Counted from the stretch's first letter, positions 45,356 through 55,960 are shown. The stretch: DNA of 64,000 nucleotides from a bacterium (GCA_021821305.1 JAKACP010000001.1:132934-196933); one strand, 5' to 3'. Numbers and translations: made by a program. The notes: generated by a model from the letters alone, not told the origin.

Positions 45356-47815
45356 ATGAGCAAGCAGACACAGGAGGAAATCGATATACATGGCCGGATC
45401 GATCCGAGAGCGATCACCGACGAGGTCCGCCAGTCGTACCTCGACTATGCGATGAGCGTCATCGTGGCGCGTGCCCTGCCGGACGTCCGTGACGGATTGA
45501 AGCCGGTGCACCGCCGCATCCTCTATTCGATGTGGGCGACGGGCCTCCGTTCCACCGCGAAATTCCGGAAATCGGCGACGGTCGTCGGTGAGGTGCTCGG
45601 AAAGTATCATCCGCACGGCGACTCCGCCGTGTACGAGACCATGGTCCGCATGGCGCAGGATTTCTCACTCCGCTATCCGCTCATCTGGGGCCAGGGAAAC
45701 TTCGGCTCGCTCGACGGCGACGGTGCCGCGGCCTACCGCTATACCGAAGCGAAGCTTTCCCCGATCGCCGAGGAGATGCTGCTCGACATCGAGAAGGACA
45801 CCGTCGATTTCATACCGAACTTCGACGGCGTGCATATGGAGCCGACCGTGCTCCCGGCCAAGCTTCCGCAGCTCCTCCTCAACGGGACGGTCGGTATCGC
45901 CGTCGGTATGGCGACCAATATCCCCCCGCACAATCTGAGCGAGCTCGTGGACGGCATCTGTCACCTCATCGACAACCCCGACGCGGGAGTCGACGAGCTT
46001 ACGGAGTTCATCAAGGGCCCGGACTTCCCGACGGGCGGCATCATCTATGACGCGAAGGATATCCGCGAGGCGTACGCGACCGGCAAGGGTAGGATAGCGA
46101 CGCGCGCCAAGGCGGAGATCGTCGAGACCAAGGCCGGAGCGTTCCAGATCATCGTGACCGAGATCACCTACCAGACGAACAAGTCGACGCTCATCGAGAA
46201 GATCGCCGACCTCGTGAAGGAAGGCCGGCTCACCGGTATCCGCGACCTGCGCGACGAGTCCGACAAGGACGGCGTTCGGATCGTGGTCGAGCTCAAGAAG
46301 GAAGCCTATCCGCAGAAGGTGCTCAACCAGCTCTACACCCTCACGGATCTCCAGAAGAATTTCAACGTCAACATGCTCGCGCTCGTCGACGGCATCGATC
46401 CGCAGATCCTCAATCTCAAATCGATACTCGAGCACTACATCATCCATCGCGAGAAGGTGGTGGTGCGTCGCGCGGAATACGAGCTCGCGAAAGCGAAGGA
46501 CCGCGCGCATATCCTCGAAGGGCTCAAGAAAGCCCTTGATTTCATCGACGCGGTCATCGATACGATCCGAAAATCCAAGACGAAAGAGGAGGCGCACGCG
46601 AACCTCATGAAGAAGTTCAAGCTCTCCGATCGCCAGTCGACCGCGATTCTCGAGATGCGGCTCCAGACACTCGCCGGACTCGAGCGCAAGAAGATCGAGG
46701 ACGAGCTCGGGGAAAAGTACAAGATCATCGCCGAACTCGAGACGTTGCTTGCGAGCAAGAAGAAGATCTTCGCGCTCGTGAAGAGCGAACTCCTCGAGCT
46801 CAAGGAGAAATACGGCGACGAGCGCAAGACCCGCGTCGTGAAGTCCGGCATCGGCGAGTTCAAGCAAGAGGACCTCGTCCCGAACGAGGAAGCCATCGTC
46901 ACGATCTCGGACGACGGCTACATCAAGCGCATGAATCCTTCCGTCTACCGCGTGCAGAAGCGCGGCGGCAAAGGCGTCATCGGCGCGGTCGCGAAGGACG
47001 AGGATCGGATCTCCATGGTGATCTCGCTCGAGACGCACGACGACCTCATGTTCTTCACGAACACCGGCAAGATATTCCAGCTCAAGGCATACGAGATTCC
47101 CGAATCGTCCCGCACCGCCAAGGGGACGGCCGTCGTCAACTTCATCCAGACGAGCCCCGAAGAGAAGATCACCGAGATGGTGTCCTTTCGCAAGGGGAGC
47201 GACGCGAAGTACCTCTTCATGGCGACGCGTCAGGGGACGATCAAGAAGACCAAGATCGAGGATTTCGCGAACGTCAGGCGAAGCGGCCTCATCGCGATCA
47301 ACCTCGACAAGGGCGATGTCCTGGGATGGGTCAAGCTCACGACCGGATCCGACGAGATCATCATGACGACCCGCGACGGGCAGGCGATCCGTTTCAAGGA
47401 GACCGACGTGCGCGCGATGGGACGTTCCGCCGCCGGCGTACGCGGTATCAAGCTCGGCGCGGGCGACGAAGTGGTCGGCATGGATATGATCTCCAAGGAC
47501 CAGAAGGGGCTCGAGCTCCTCATCCTCTCGCAGAAGGGTCTCGGGAAGCGCAGTGAACTCAAACACTACAAGATCCAGAAGCGCGGCGGCTCGGGCATCA
47601 AGACGATGAAAATCACACCGAAGACGGGCTCGCTCGTCGGCGCGATGATCACCTCCATGGCCAACATCGAGGACGATCTCATCCTCACGTCCGAGAAGGG
47701 GACGATCATCCGGATCCCGTTCAAGTCCGTTCCACTCCTTTCCCGCGTGACCCAGGGTGTCCGCATCATGAAGCCGCAGGCAGGCGACCAGGTCGGTGCC
47801 TTCACGATGCTGTAG
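45356..47815 (+). CDS. gyrA: DNA gyrase subunit A
   Basis: [35 protein letters not shown], GyrA-box QKRGGKG. Confidence 0.99.
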   Translation: MSKQTQEEIDIHGRIDPRAITDEVRQSYLDYAMSVIVARALPDVRDGLKPVHRRILYSMWATGLRSTAKFRKSATVVGEVLGKYHPHGDSAVYETMVRMAQDFSLRYPLIWGQGNFGSLDGDGAAAYRYTEAKLSPIAEEMLLDIEKDTVDFIPNFDGVHMEPTVLPAKLPQLLLNGTVGIAVGMATNIPPHNLSELVDGICHLIDNPDAGVDELTEFIKGPDFPTGGIIYDAKDIREAYATGKGRIATRAKAEIVETKAGAFQIIVTEITYQTNKSTLIEKIADLVKEGRLTGIRDLRDESDKDGVRIVVELKKEAYPQKVLNQLYTLTDLQKNFNVNMLALVDGIDPQILNLKSILEHYIIHREKVVVRRAEYELAKAKDRAHILEGLKKALDFIDAVIDTIRKSKTKEEAHANLMKKFKLSDRQSTAILEMRLQTLAGLERKKIEDELGEKYKIIAELETLLASKKKIFALVKSELLELKEKYGDERKTRVVKSGIGEFKQEDLVPNEEAIVTISDDGYIKRMNPSVYRVQKRGGKGVIGAVAKDEDRISMVISLETHDDLMFFTNTGKIFQLKAYEIPESSRTAKGTAVVNFIQTSPEEKITEMVSFRKGSDAKYLFMATRQGTIKKTKIEDFANVRRSGLIAINLDKGDVLGWVKLTTGSDEIIMTTRDGQAIRFKETDVRAMGRSAAGVRGIKLGAGDEVVGMDMISKDQKGLELLILSQKGLGKRSELKHYKIQKRGGSGIKTMKITPKTGSLVGAMITSMANIEDDLILTSEKGTIIRIPFKSVPLLSRVTQGVRIMKPQAGDQVGAFTML

Positions 47816-47954
47816 GCTTGCCAAACCGAAATAATCGTGTTATTGTTCCATCGTTAATTCATTGAGAAGAAGCGTACAGTGGTGCGGGTGGGGGCGCGGA
47901 AGCGTCTTGTGAGCTTGAAAAAGCCACGGCACGACGGTATGGCTTACGAAGCAT

Positions 47955-48218
47955 ATGGCGCTCACGCATGCGCAGAAGGATCGGGTGACCAAGGAGGTCA
48001 AACGCCACGAGAAGGACACGGGGTCTCCCGAGTACCAGATCGCGATGTTCACCGAGAAGATCAAGAAGCTGACGGCCCACTTGAAGAAGAACAAGCAGGA
48101 TTTCCATTCCCGCCGGGGACTTCTCAAGATGGTCTCGAAGCGCAAGAAACTGTTTTCCTATCTCGAGTCGACCAATGAGAAGGCCGCCAAGGCGATCCGG
48201 AAGAAGCTCGATTTATAG
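47955..48218 (+). CDS. rpsO: 30S ribosomal protein S15
   Basis: DTGSPEYQIA, DFHSRRGLLKMV. Confidence 0.98.
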   Translation: MALTHAQKDRVTKEVKRHEKDTGSPEYQIAMFTEKIKKLTAHLKKNKQDFHSRRGLLKMVSKRKKLFSYLESTNEKAAKAIRKKLDL

Positions 48219-48359
48219 TATCTCTGACTGCTCCTTCGGGAGCAGTTTCATTTTTCAATAACCAACGCCGAATTCCCGGAGAGGGAAATTCCGATGACCA
48301 CGGCAGAGCCGAAACATTTTCGGCACTCGGGTATCGGCACTCGGTATATCCATAAGAGT

Positions 48360-48863
48360 ATGGCAAAATTCGCGGAACAGAGGGTCGGCGTCCTGGTGGA
48401 CATTTCCAATCTCTACCACAGCGCGCGCGTCCTCTATCACAAGAAGGTGAACTTCAAGGCGGTTCTCGAGACGGCCGTCGCCGAGCGGAAGCTCATCCGC
48501 GCCATCGCGTACGGCATCACGACGACGGAAGGCATGGAGGAGAAGTTTCTCGAGACGCTCAAGACGTACGGCTACGACGTGAAGACCAAGGACCTGCAGA
48601 TATTCCCGGACGGCTCCAAGAAAGGCGACTGGGACGTCGCGATCGCGATCGACGCGATCAAGATGGCCCCGAAACTCGATGTCGTCGTCCTCATTTCCGG
48701 CGACGGGGACTATATCCCGCTCGTCGAATACCTCCAGGGGACGTTCGGCTGTCGCGTCGAGGTCCTCGCCTTCGCCGAATCGACCTCGGCCAAGCTCATC
48801 GAGGCATCGGACGACTTCCTCGACCTCTCGAGCGACAAGCGAAAATTCCTTTTGGGGAAATAG
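48360..48863 (+). CDS. NYN/LabA domain (PIN-like) protein
   Basis: VDISNLY, KGDWDV, SGDGDY, D.F. Confidence 0.9.
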   Translation: MAKFAEQRVGVLVDISNLYHSARVLYHKKVNFKAVLETAVAERKLIRAIAYGITTTEGMEEKFLETLKTYGYDVKTKDLQIFPDGSKKGDWDVAIAIDAIKMAPKLDVVVLISGDGDYIPLVEYLQGTFGCRVEVLAFAESTSAKLIEASDDFLDLSSDKRKFLLGK

Positions 48864-49061
48864 CGTACGCTCGCGGGACAAGACCGCTCCGACGATGGTC
48901 GGAGCGGTCTTTCTTTGACAACAGGCCCCGAAAAAGGTAGGGTATGAGCAGTTAATTAATGTAGAAAGGCGCGCTCGGGAAGTCGCTTGATGCCTTGTGA
49001 ACTCAAATATCTTGAGCTCATAGCCGCGTCCGGCGAGTTCGTGGACAAGCCGATTTTTCGT

Positions 49062-51200
49062 ATGAAGAATGAGAAGAAGTGGTCGCTCCAACTGGGCGGC
49101 CGGGAGCTCTCCATCTCCACCGGCGTCTATGCCGGTCAGGCGAACGGAGCGGTGACCGCACGCTACGGCGACACGGTCGTTTTGGCGACGGCGGTCATGT
49201 CGAAGAGCGCGGGGCAGTCGAGGGGATATTTCCCCCTCATGGTGGACTATGAGGAGCGGTACTACGCGGCCGGGAAGATCAAGGGATCGCGTTTCATCAA
49301 GCGCGAGGGGCGCCCGTCGGATGACGCGGTGCTGTCCGGACGCGCGGTCGATCGCACCATCCGTCCGCTTTTCGACGCGAGGATGCGCAACGAGATACAG
49401 GTCATCGCGACCACGCTTTCCTTCGACGGCGAGAACGATCCTGATCTCGTCGCGATGATCGCGGCGTCGGCGGCGCTTACCATCTCCGATATCCCGTGGA
49501 ACGGCCCAATCGGTGCGGTCCGCGTCGGGAAATCGCCCGCCGGCTTCATACTCAATCCGTCGACGGAAGAACGGGAGAATACCGAGAGCGATCTCGATCT
49601 GCTCGTTTCCGGGACCAAGGACAAGATCAACATGATCGAAGCCGGTGCCAAGGAGCTCTCCGAGGCGGAAATGGCGGCCGCGTTCGCGTTCGGATTCGAG
49701 AATGTACAGAAAATCGCCCTCTTCATCGAGGACATCGGGAAAGAGATCGGGAAGCCGAAGGCTGTCCCGACGCTCCTTTCGGGTCCGGAGGGATTCGACG
49801 AGGACCTGAAGGCCTTCCTCCGCAAGGAGGGAATCGCCGATGCGCTCTTCGCCAAAGCCAAAAAAGAGGAAAAGTACGCGTCTATCGACGAGATCGGTGA
49901 GCGTATGAAGGCCTATGTCGCCGAGAAATATCCGGATCAGGCGTCGAGTCTCGGGGAAGTCTCGAGCCACGTCATGGACGAGCTCTCCGACGAGATCCTC
50001 CACGAGAAGATCCTCAAGGAAAAGACCCGTCCGGACGGCCGCGGCGTGACCGAAATCCGTCCGATCTGGTGTGAGGTCGGGGTGCTCCCGAGGACTCATG
50101 GATCCGGCGTGTTCACCCGCGGTGAGACGCAGGCCCTGACGGTGACGACGCTCGGCGCCCCCGGCGCGGAGATGATCGTCGACACGATGGAGACCGACGA
50201 GAAGAAGCGGTACATGCACTTCTACAACTTTCCGCCGTATTCGGTCGGCGAAGTGCGTCCGATGCGGGGTCCCGGTCGACGCGAAGTGGGCCATGGCGCG
50301 CTCGCGGAAAAGGCGTTGCTCCCGGTGCTCCCTTCCAAGGAAGAATTCCCGTACACGATACTCCTCGTTTCCGAGGTGCTCTCCTCGAACGGATCCTCCT
50401 CGATGGCGTCGACCTGCGGGTCGACCCTCTCCCTCATGGATGCCGGCGTCCCGATCAAGAAGCCGGTCGCGGGTATCGCGATGGGCATCATCATGGGCAA
50501 GGACGGCGACTATCAGGTACTCTCCGACATCCAGGGCCTCGAGGATCATTTCGGTGACATGGACTTCAAGGTCGCCGGAACCCGCGACGGTATCACGGCC
50601 ATGCAGATGGACGTGAAGATCGACGGACTGACCCCGGAAGTGCTCGGGAAAGCCATCATCCAGGCGAAGGAAAGCCGTCTCTTCATCCTCGAGAAGATGC
50701 TCGAGGCGATGCCGGAAGTGCGCAAGGAGATGTCCCCGTACGCGCCACGCATCATCACGCTCCACATCAACCCCGAGAAGATCCGCGATGTCATCGGCCC
50801 GGGCGGCAAGATGATCAACCGGATCATCGACGAGACCGGTGTCGACATCGATATCGAGGACGACGGATCGGTCTTCATCACGTCGACCGACGAGACGAGC
50901 GCCAAGGAAGCGGTCGAATGGATCAAGAACATCACCCGCGAGGTGAAGGCGGGCGAGATGTTCCAGGGCCGCATCACGCGTCTCATGAACTTCGGCGCGT
51001 TCGCCGAGGTGCTCCCGAACCAGGAAGGATTGATCCACATCTCCGAACTGGCGGACTACCGCGTGGAAAAAGTCGAGGATATCGTCAAGGTCGGCGATAT
51101 CATCCCGGTCATCGTCAAGGAAATCGACGACCAGGGTCGTATCAACCTCTCGCACAAGCAGGCCAAGCGTCGGCTCGAGGACGAGGCTCACGGCGAATAG
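49062..51200 (+). CDS. pnp: Polyribonucleotide nucleotidyltransferase
   Basis: RFIKREGRP, HGSG.FTRGETQ, RREVGHG, SNGSSSMAS, GDMDFKVAGT, KH and S1 domains. Confidence 0.99.
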   Translation: MKNEKKWSLQLGGRELSISTGVYAGQANGAVTARYGDTVVLATAVMSKSAGQSRGYFPLMVDYEERYYAAGKIKGSRFIKREGRPSDDAVLSGRAVDRTIRPLFDARMRNEIQVIATTLSFDGENDPDLVAMIAASAALTISDIPWNGPIGAVRVGKSPAGFILNPSTEERENTESDLDLLVSGTKDKINMIEAGAKELSEAEMAAAFAFGFENVQKIALFIEDIGKEIGKPKAVPTLLSGPEGFDEDLKAFLRKEGIADALFAKAKKEEKYASIDEIGERMKAYVAEKYPDQASSLGEVSSHVMDELSDEILHEKILKEKTRPDGRGVTEIRPIWCEVGVLPRTHGSGVFTRGETQALTVTTLGAPGAEMIVDTMETDEKKRYMHFYNFPPYSVGEVRPMRGPGRREVGHGALAEKALLPVLPSKEEFPYTILLVSEVLSSNGSSSMASTCGSTLSLMDAGVPIKKPVAGIAMGIIMGKDGDYQVLSDIQGLEDHFGDMDFKVAGTRDGITAMQMDVKIDGLTPEVLGKAIIQAKESRLFILEKMLEAMPEVRKEMSPYAPRIITLHINPEKIRDVIGPGGKMINRIIDETGVDIDIEDDGSVFITSTDETSAKEAVEWIKNITREVKAGEMFQGRITRLMNFGAFAEVLPNQEGLIHISELADYRVEKVEDIVKVGDIIPVIVKEIDDQGRINLSHKQAKRRLEDEAHGE

Positions 51201-51299
51201 ACGGAAGGAATCGCGGATACGAAAACGCTCCGGCTCATGTCGGAGCGTTCTTGTTTCTTTTGTGGTATACTATAGCTCATCAGCACTGACGAACGGCGT

Positions 51300-52325
51300 A
51301 TGGGTTTCTTCGGAAAAATATTGAAAAAGGACGATCAGACGGCCGCGGGTACCATACCGCCGGAGATATACAAGAGCGTCCGGGTGATGCGCGACGACCT
51401 GAACGAGCTCGAGGGAAAGCCGCCGGAAGGGATTCCGGGTGCCGTTGCTCCGGAGGCGAGCGATGCGGGACACCCCTTTCTCGGGGCGCATGGGCACCCG
51501 TCCGCACCGGAGGCACCCGTCGCCGACACCTCCGTGGCGCCAGCTTCGAAAAATTTAAAAAAATGGCTCATTCCGGCCGCTGTCGTGATTCTTGTCCTCA
51601 TGATCGGCGGTATTACGGCATATTTTTTCCTCCGTTCCACGCCCGAAAACGATACCGTCGAATCCGTACCGACCACCGAAATCCCGTCGCCGGTCGACGG
51701 TATGCAGGCACCGACCGCTGAACCCACGCCCGCGCCGACGTCCGCGTTCTCTCCCGACAGCCCCAACTATCTCGCGCTTGATCCGGAGTCGGATGCGGCG
51801 ACACCCGAGGGTATCGTGGCTACGCTCGAAGGTGTCGGCATGAAGGTGAGGGAGATGAACCCGTCCGGGCCGGTCGAATTCCTCCTGCGCGACGGGAACA
51901 ACAATCCGATCGCCTTTTCCCGCTTCTCATACCTCATGAAACTCGGTATCCCCGAGGACACGCTTTCGTTCCTGGATGAGTCGTTCTCGCTCTATTTCGT
52001 TCCGGAGGGATCCGATATCCGGATGACGCTGGTCCTGGACATCAAGGATGCCGCTAACCTCGTGGGGGCGGTGAACCGGGATGAGGCTGTGGTACCGACG
52101 TGGTTCAGCGGACTCCTGTACCGGCCCGCCGGTGTCGAAGTACCGGCGTCGGTCGAGTTCCGCAGCGGGACGTATGGCGCGCTTGAGACGAGGTTCGTCC
52201 CGATCGACGCCGCGAAGAATTATTCGTTCGACTACATCTTCCTCGCGGACAAGTGGATGATCGGAACCAGCAAGGATTCGTTCCGGGCGACCGTCGATGC
52301 CGTGATCAAAGATGGCGTGCGATAG
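51300..52325 (+). CDS. Single-TM hypothetical protein
   Basis: 341 aa; Pro-rich linkers flank one TM helix. Confidence 0.75.
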   Translation: MGFFGKILKKDDQTAAGTIPPEIYKSVRVMRDDLNELEGKPPEGIPGAVAPEASDAGHPFLGAHGHPSAPEAPVADTSVAPASKNLKKWLIPAAVVILVLMIGGITAYFFLRSTPENDTVESVPTTEIPSPVDGMQAPTAEPTPAPTSAFSPDSPNYLALDPESDAATPEGIVATLEGVGMKVREMNPSGPVEFLLRDGNNNPIAFSRFSYLMKLGIPEDTLSFLDESFSLYFVPEGSDIRMTLVLDIKDAANLVGAVNRDEAVVPTWFSGLLYRPAGVEVPASVEFRSGTYGALETRFVPIDAAKNYSFDYIFLADKWMIGTSKDSFRATVDAVIKDGVR

Positions 52326-52450
52326 GGATTTTTGGAAGGGAAACAGAAAGTCGGATCACTTTATTTTTCGATCGGGTTTCGGGAAAATTTCCACTCGTAT
52401 CCACAACTCCCTGAAAACGGCTTGTATGAAGTGTAAATAAGGAATGATAA

Positions 52451-52479
52451 TTGACCGGAGGTCAAATTCCTGCTATAAT
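52451..52479 (+). promoter_or_regulatory. Strong sigma70-type promoter with extended -10
   Basis: TTGACC-17bp-TATAAT with TG at the extended -10 position. Confidence 0.75.
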
Positions 52480-52485
52480 GGCTTT

Positions 52486-52998
52486 GTAAGTGTCCATTGA
52501 AAACCGAATACGGGGAACGGAGAAAGAGTTTTCAGTCACAATTTCCCCCTGATTGTGACTGAGCATTCTTTCACTGTTCAAGAGCCTGAGGTAAACTCGA
52601 CCTCGGCCGCCCTGATCTGACCAGGGACCCAAAACAAAAACAAAAACACCTTCGAAAAAATAATACAGTCGAAGGAGTCGAAACAAAAACAAACAGAGAA
52701 AAATAGTTCTTTGAATAAAGGGCCAAGTGCCAGAGAATGGTGAAAGGAAAAAAGTCGATGCTACCAGAAGTCAGACAAGCACGGCGAACATGCAAGTCCA
52801 CAAACTACATGCAGCTGAAATGGATTACGAGTGTCTTCTCACCCGGGACGCCGTAACCTCGCTACATGTTGGGACATGCAGTCGGGCGCTCCAGCCAAAT
52901 ATTTATATTATTGGGCGCAAGGAGCGCCCGACACCAACACTTTCCCCGAGTGTCGTGTCGGGAGAAGGAAGATGAATGCCTCGCAAGGGCGTTTTTTT
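52486..52998 (+). ncRNA. Candidate ~500-nt structured non-coding RNA, family not recognised
   Basis: Own promoter and terminator; many hairpins; A/C-rich linkers; no credible ORF. Confidence 0.55.
52975..52998 (+). terminator. Intrinsic terminator
   Basis: AATGCCT-CGCAA-GGGCGTT followed by a T-run. Confidence 0.65.
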
Positions 52999-53117
52999 AT
53001 TGTTCGTCTCCGCTTTGGCGGAGCAACGAACAATAAACCCCGCTGTTTTTCTTAAAAACATTTGCGGGGTCGTGCCTTGTTTTTATCGAATTCGGAATTT
53101 TTTGTATTCAGACCCCG

Positions 53118-53279
53118 GCCCCGCTCCATGCAACTTTTTCTCCTCGCTCCGGACTCATCGCGGCTTTCGATTATCGGAATATTTCCCTCATTCGACGGCA
53201 TCCTGAGGAAATATTCCGAACCGAAAGCCGCTCTTCAGACAGGCGGAGGCGAAAGAGAAAAAATTCATGGAGCAGGGTC
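53118..53279. repeat. ~160-bp imperfect inverted repeat (rod)
   Basis: GCTCCATG/CATGGAGC, TTTTTCTC/GAGAAAAA, GCGGCTTTCG/CGAAAGCCGC, TCGGAATATTTCC/GGAAATATTCCGA. Confidence 0.8.
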
Positions 53280-53332
53280 GGATTGCGCTCGATTCGGGTG
53301 ATGCGCTATAGTGAGCATATTTGAAATACCCT

Positions 53333-53731
53333 ATGCCATTTCTTCGGCGGTTCCGTCTCACGAACCCGCTCGGTGTCCGGGGGGAGGACGAGGCGGTGAT
53401 ATTTTTGAAGAAACGGGGATTCGCGATCATCGAACGGAATTGGAAGAATCGGACCGGTCGCGCCATAGGCGAGATCGATATCGTTGCGAAAGAAGGGAAC
53501 GAACTGGTGTTCGTCGAGGTCAAAGCGAGGAAATCGAGACGAGAGGAAACCGTGCTCCCCGAAGAAAGCATCACCCGAGGGAAGCTTCGACGCCTCTCGC
53601 GTATCGCGGAAGGGTATATACGTGAAAAAAGGCTTGGAAATGCCCCGTATCGGATTGATGCGCTCCTTCTCGTATTTTCGGATTCCGGAAAAGAGACCGA
53701 AGTACGGCATTTTCGGAGCATTTTTCTTTAG
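53333..53731 (+). CDS. yraN: YraN family (UPF0102) nuclease-like protein
   Basis: G.RGE..A, ERNW, GEIDIVA, FVEVKAR. Confidence 0.92.
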   Translation: MPFLRRFRLTNPLGVRGEDEAVIFLKKRGFAIIERNWKNRTGRAIGEIDIVAKEGNELVFVEVKARKSRREETVLPEESITRGKLRRLSRIAEGYIREKRLGNAPYRIDALLLVFSDSGKETEVRHFRSIFL

Positions 53732-53814
53732 AGAAAGCGGTGACAGGCACCCTGTCTGGACGCGAATATTTTTTTGGAATACAATGGATACGCGATAACC
53801 ATTCTTTAGAAGCT

Positions 53815-54159
53815 ATGGCACTCAGCAATGAATTCGTGGCGGAAATGAAGGTGCTTCTGACCGCGGAGAAGGAGAAGCTGGAACAGCAGCTCTCGCGATT
53901 CGCCGCTCCGACCGAGGTTTCCGGCGAGTATGAGACGAAATTCGAGGATATCGGGCCGGACGTCGACGAGAACGCCTCGGAGGTGGAGATGTACGCGGAC
54001 AATATCGCGCTTGAGGACAATCTGGAACAGCAGCTCGAGCGGGTCAATGCCGCGCTTGCCCGCATCGAAGGAGGGACGTACGGTATCTGCGTGAAGACCG
54101 GCAAAGAAATCTCCGAAGATCGCCTCCGCGCCTACCCGGCGGCCGAGACCGCTCTTTAG
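53815..54159 (+). CDS. DksA/TraR-like protein
   Basis: Coiled coil, ALARIEGGTYGIC...G.EI..RL.A.P.A. Confidence 0.8.
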   Translation: MALSNEFVAEMKVLLTAEKEKLEQQLSRFAAPTEVSGEYETKFEDIGPDVDENASEVEMYADNIALEDNLEQQLERVNAALARIEGGTYGICVKTGKEISEDRLRAYPAAETAL

Positions 54160-54174
54160 TAGCCGAAAGCTGGG

Positions 54175-54645
54175 ATGAGACATACCGAGTCAATCGAAGG
54201 AAAAATAAAAAAACGGGCTTCCGGCATCATCATCGCCGGAGCCCTTTTTTGTCTGGATCAGTCGGTGAAGTATTCCTTTCCCGCTTCGGATCGGTACTAC
54301 TGCAATCACGACGGACCGTGGGGGACAGTCATGCATGAGGAAGTCCTCCTGTCCGGAGGCGCGCTCCTCCTCGTCGCCTTCGGTACTTTTCTCCTGCGGG
54401 CCAGGGGATGGAGGGAGATCGTCGCGTTCGCGTTCCTTTTCGGTGGCGGACTCTCGAATCTCGTGGACCGCGCCCTATATGGGTGTGTGCGGGATTTTTC
54501 GGTCGTTTCCTGGTTCCCGGCGTTCAATTTCGCGGACGTCTGCCTCTCCGTCGGCGCGGGGCTCCTCCTGACCACGCTTTTCTCGCGCGCACGGAATAGC
54601 GAGATCAGTATTTCTCGAGAATCTCACGACGCTTCGGTTCGATGA
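54175..54645 (+). CDS. lspA: Signal peptidase II
   Basis: DQSVK, GGLSNLVDR, VRDF, FNFAD. Confidence 0.85.
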   Translation: MRHTESIEGKIKKRASGIIIAGALFCLDQSVKYSFPASDRYYCNHDGPWGTVMHEEVLLSGGALLLVAFGTFLLRARGWREIVAFAFLFGGGLSNLVDRALYGCVRDFSVVSWFPAFNFADVCLSVGAGLLLTTLFSRARNSEISISRESHDASVR

Positions 54646-55960
54646 CGGCGAGGACGGAATCGATGAACTTCCAGGAAAGGAGGATCTCCTGGGCGTTGAG
54701 GAATGTTCCCTGGTCCTTGGCGAAGAAGTCGTGGAGCGCATTGTCGTAGGGCTCCTTGAAGGAATAGGCGTTGTCCGCGAAGGCGAAACGGAGATCGGCC
54801 GGGTAGGCGCACTTCTTTTCGGTCGAGAATTCGGAGTTGAGGCGGAGGCGGATCTCGTTTTCCGGCTGGATATTGATCCGGATGCGGTTCTCGGCGAGCG
54901 CGCAGCCGGACGCCTCCCAGAGCGTGTGCTCGGGTTTCCTGAAGGTGACGGTGATGTCGGTCGTTTTCTTCGGCATCTTCTTGCCGCTCGCTATGGTGAT
55001 GGGGATGCCGCGCCATCGGGGCGTATCGATCTCGAGACGGATGGACGCCCGGGTTTCCACGAGCGAGTCGCTCGCGACGAGCGGCTCCTTCCGATAGCCG
55101 TCGTATTGGCCGATGCTGATATTCTCGAGTTTCTCGTTTCCGAAGAGACGGAGTTTGCGGAAGATGCGGATTTTCTCATGGTGGATGTCCTCCGGATCCT
55201 GACTTTTCGGCTGATCCATGGTCGTGAACGCGAGGAGCTCGAGAGCATGATTCTGGAGCATGTCGCGGATGGCGCCGGAGCGCTCGTAGTATTCGGCGCG
55301 CTTGCGGATGCCTTCATCCTCCCAGATCTCGATCGTGATATCGCGGATGAAACGGCTGTTCCAGACAGGATCGAAGATAGGATTGGCGAAGCGGAGCGCG
55401 AAGAGGTCGCGGACCATGTCTTTGGCGAGGTAGTGGTCGAGGCGGTAGATCTGCGATTCGTCGAGGTGCCGCGCGAGGAGCGCGTTCAATTGTTTCGCCG
55501 AGGCGAGGTCGGAACCGAACGGCTTCTCGAGCGCGAGGCTCGTCGTCTTGCCGAGGAGATCGTTTCCTGCGAGACCGTCGATGATGGCCTCTATGAGTCC
55601 GTATTCCGACGGGATCGCGAGGTAGAAGAAGAGCGATTTCTTCGGCGTTCCACGGAGCGCTTCCGAGAGCGCCTTCATGCCGCCTCGGTCGTAGGTCCCG
55701 GAATAGTAGCGGAAGCAGGAAGAGAAGGTCTCGATATCTTCCGGGGTCGCCTGCGCGCGTTTCGCGGAGACAGCCTCCCGTACGAGCGTGCGGAAGTCAT
55801 CGTGCGAGAACGCCGTGCGGCCGAATCCGGTCACGCGCACGCCCTCGTCGCGCATGAAGAGGTCGAAGAGCGCGGGGTAGAGCTTTTCCTTGGCAAGATC
55901 GCCGGAGGCGCCGAAGAGGATGAGCTCCTTGTCGATATGGAGCGGGGACGGGCAGGTCAT
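54605..55960 (-). CDS. zwf: Glucose-6-phosphate dehydrogenase
   Basis: FGASGDLA, EKPFG, RLDHYLAK, DMLQNH. Confidence 0.93.
   Translation of the reverse strand: MTCPSPLHIDKELILFGASGDLAKEKLYPALFDLFMRDEGVRVTGFGRTAFSHDDFRTLVREAVSAKRAQATPEDIETFSSCFRYYSGTYDRGGMKALSEALRGTPKKSLFFYLAIPSEYGLIEAIIDGLAGNDLLGKTTSLALEKPFGSDLASAKQLNALLARHLDESQIYRLDHYLAKDMVRDLFALRFANPIFDPVWNSRFIRDITIEIWEDEGIRKRAEYYERSGAIRDMLQNHALELLAFTTMDQPKSQDPEDIHHEKIRIFRKLRLFGNEKLENISIGQYDGYRKEPLVASDSLVETRASIRLEIDTPRWRGIPITIASGKKMPKKTTDITVTFRKPEHTLWEASGCALAENRIRINIQPENEIRLRLNSEFSTEKKCAYPADLRFAFADNAYSFKEPYDNALHDFFAKDQGTFLNAQEILLSWKFIDSVLAVIEPKRREILEKY

Noticed and set aside
47860-47954. S15 autoregulatory leader
   Set aside because: Plausible by position, but I could not support a specific structure by eye.
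48255-51191. 978-aa minus-strand ORF (likewise 38996-41074 and 45665-47824)
   Set aside because: Antisense shadows of pnp/NYN, ftsH and gyrA.
52727-52975. 82-aa ORF inside the candidate ncRNA
   Set aside because: GTG start, atypical codon usage, no motif, and it runs through strong hairpins.
52486-52998. tmRNA, RNase P RNA or rRNA leader
   Set aside because: No tRNA-like ends or tag frame seen, no GAGGAAAGTCC, and no rRNA follows; a highly divergent form cannot be excluded without cmscan.
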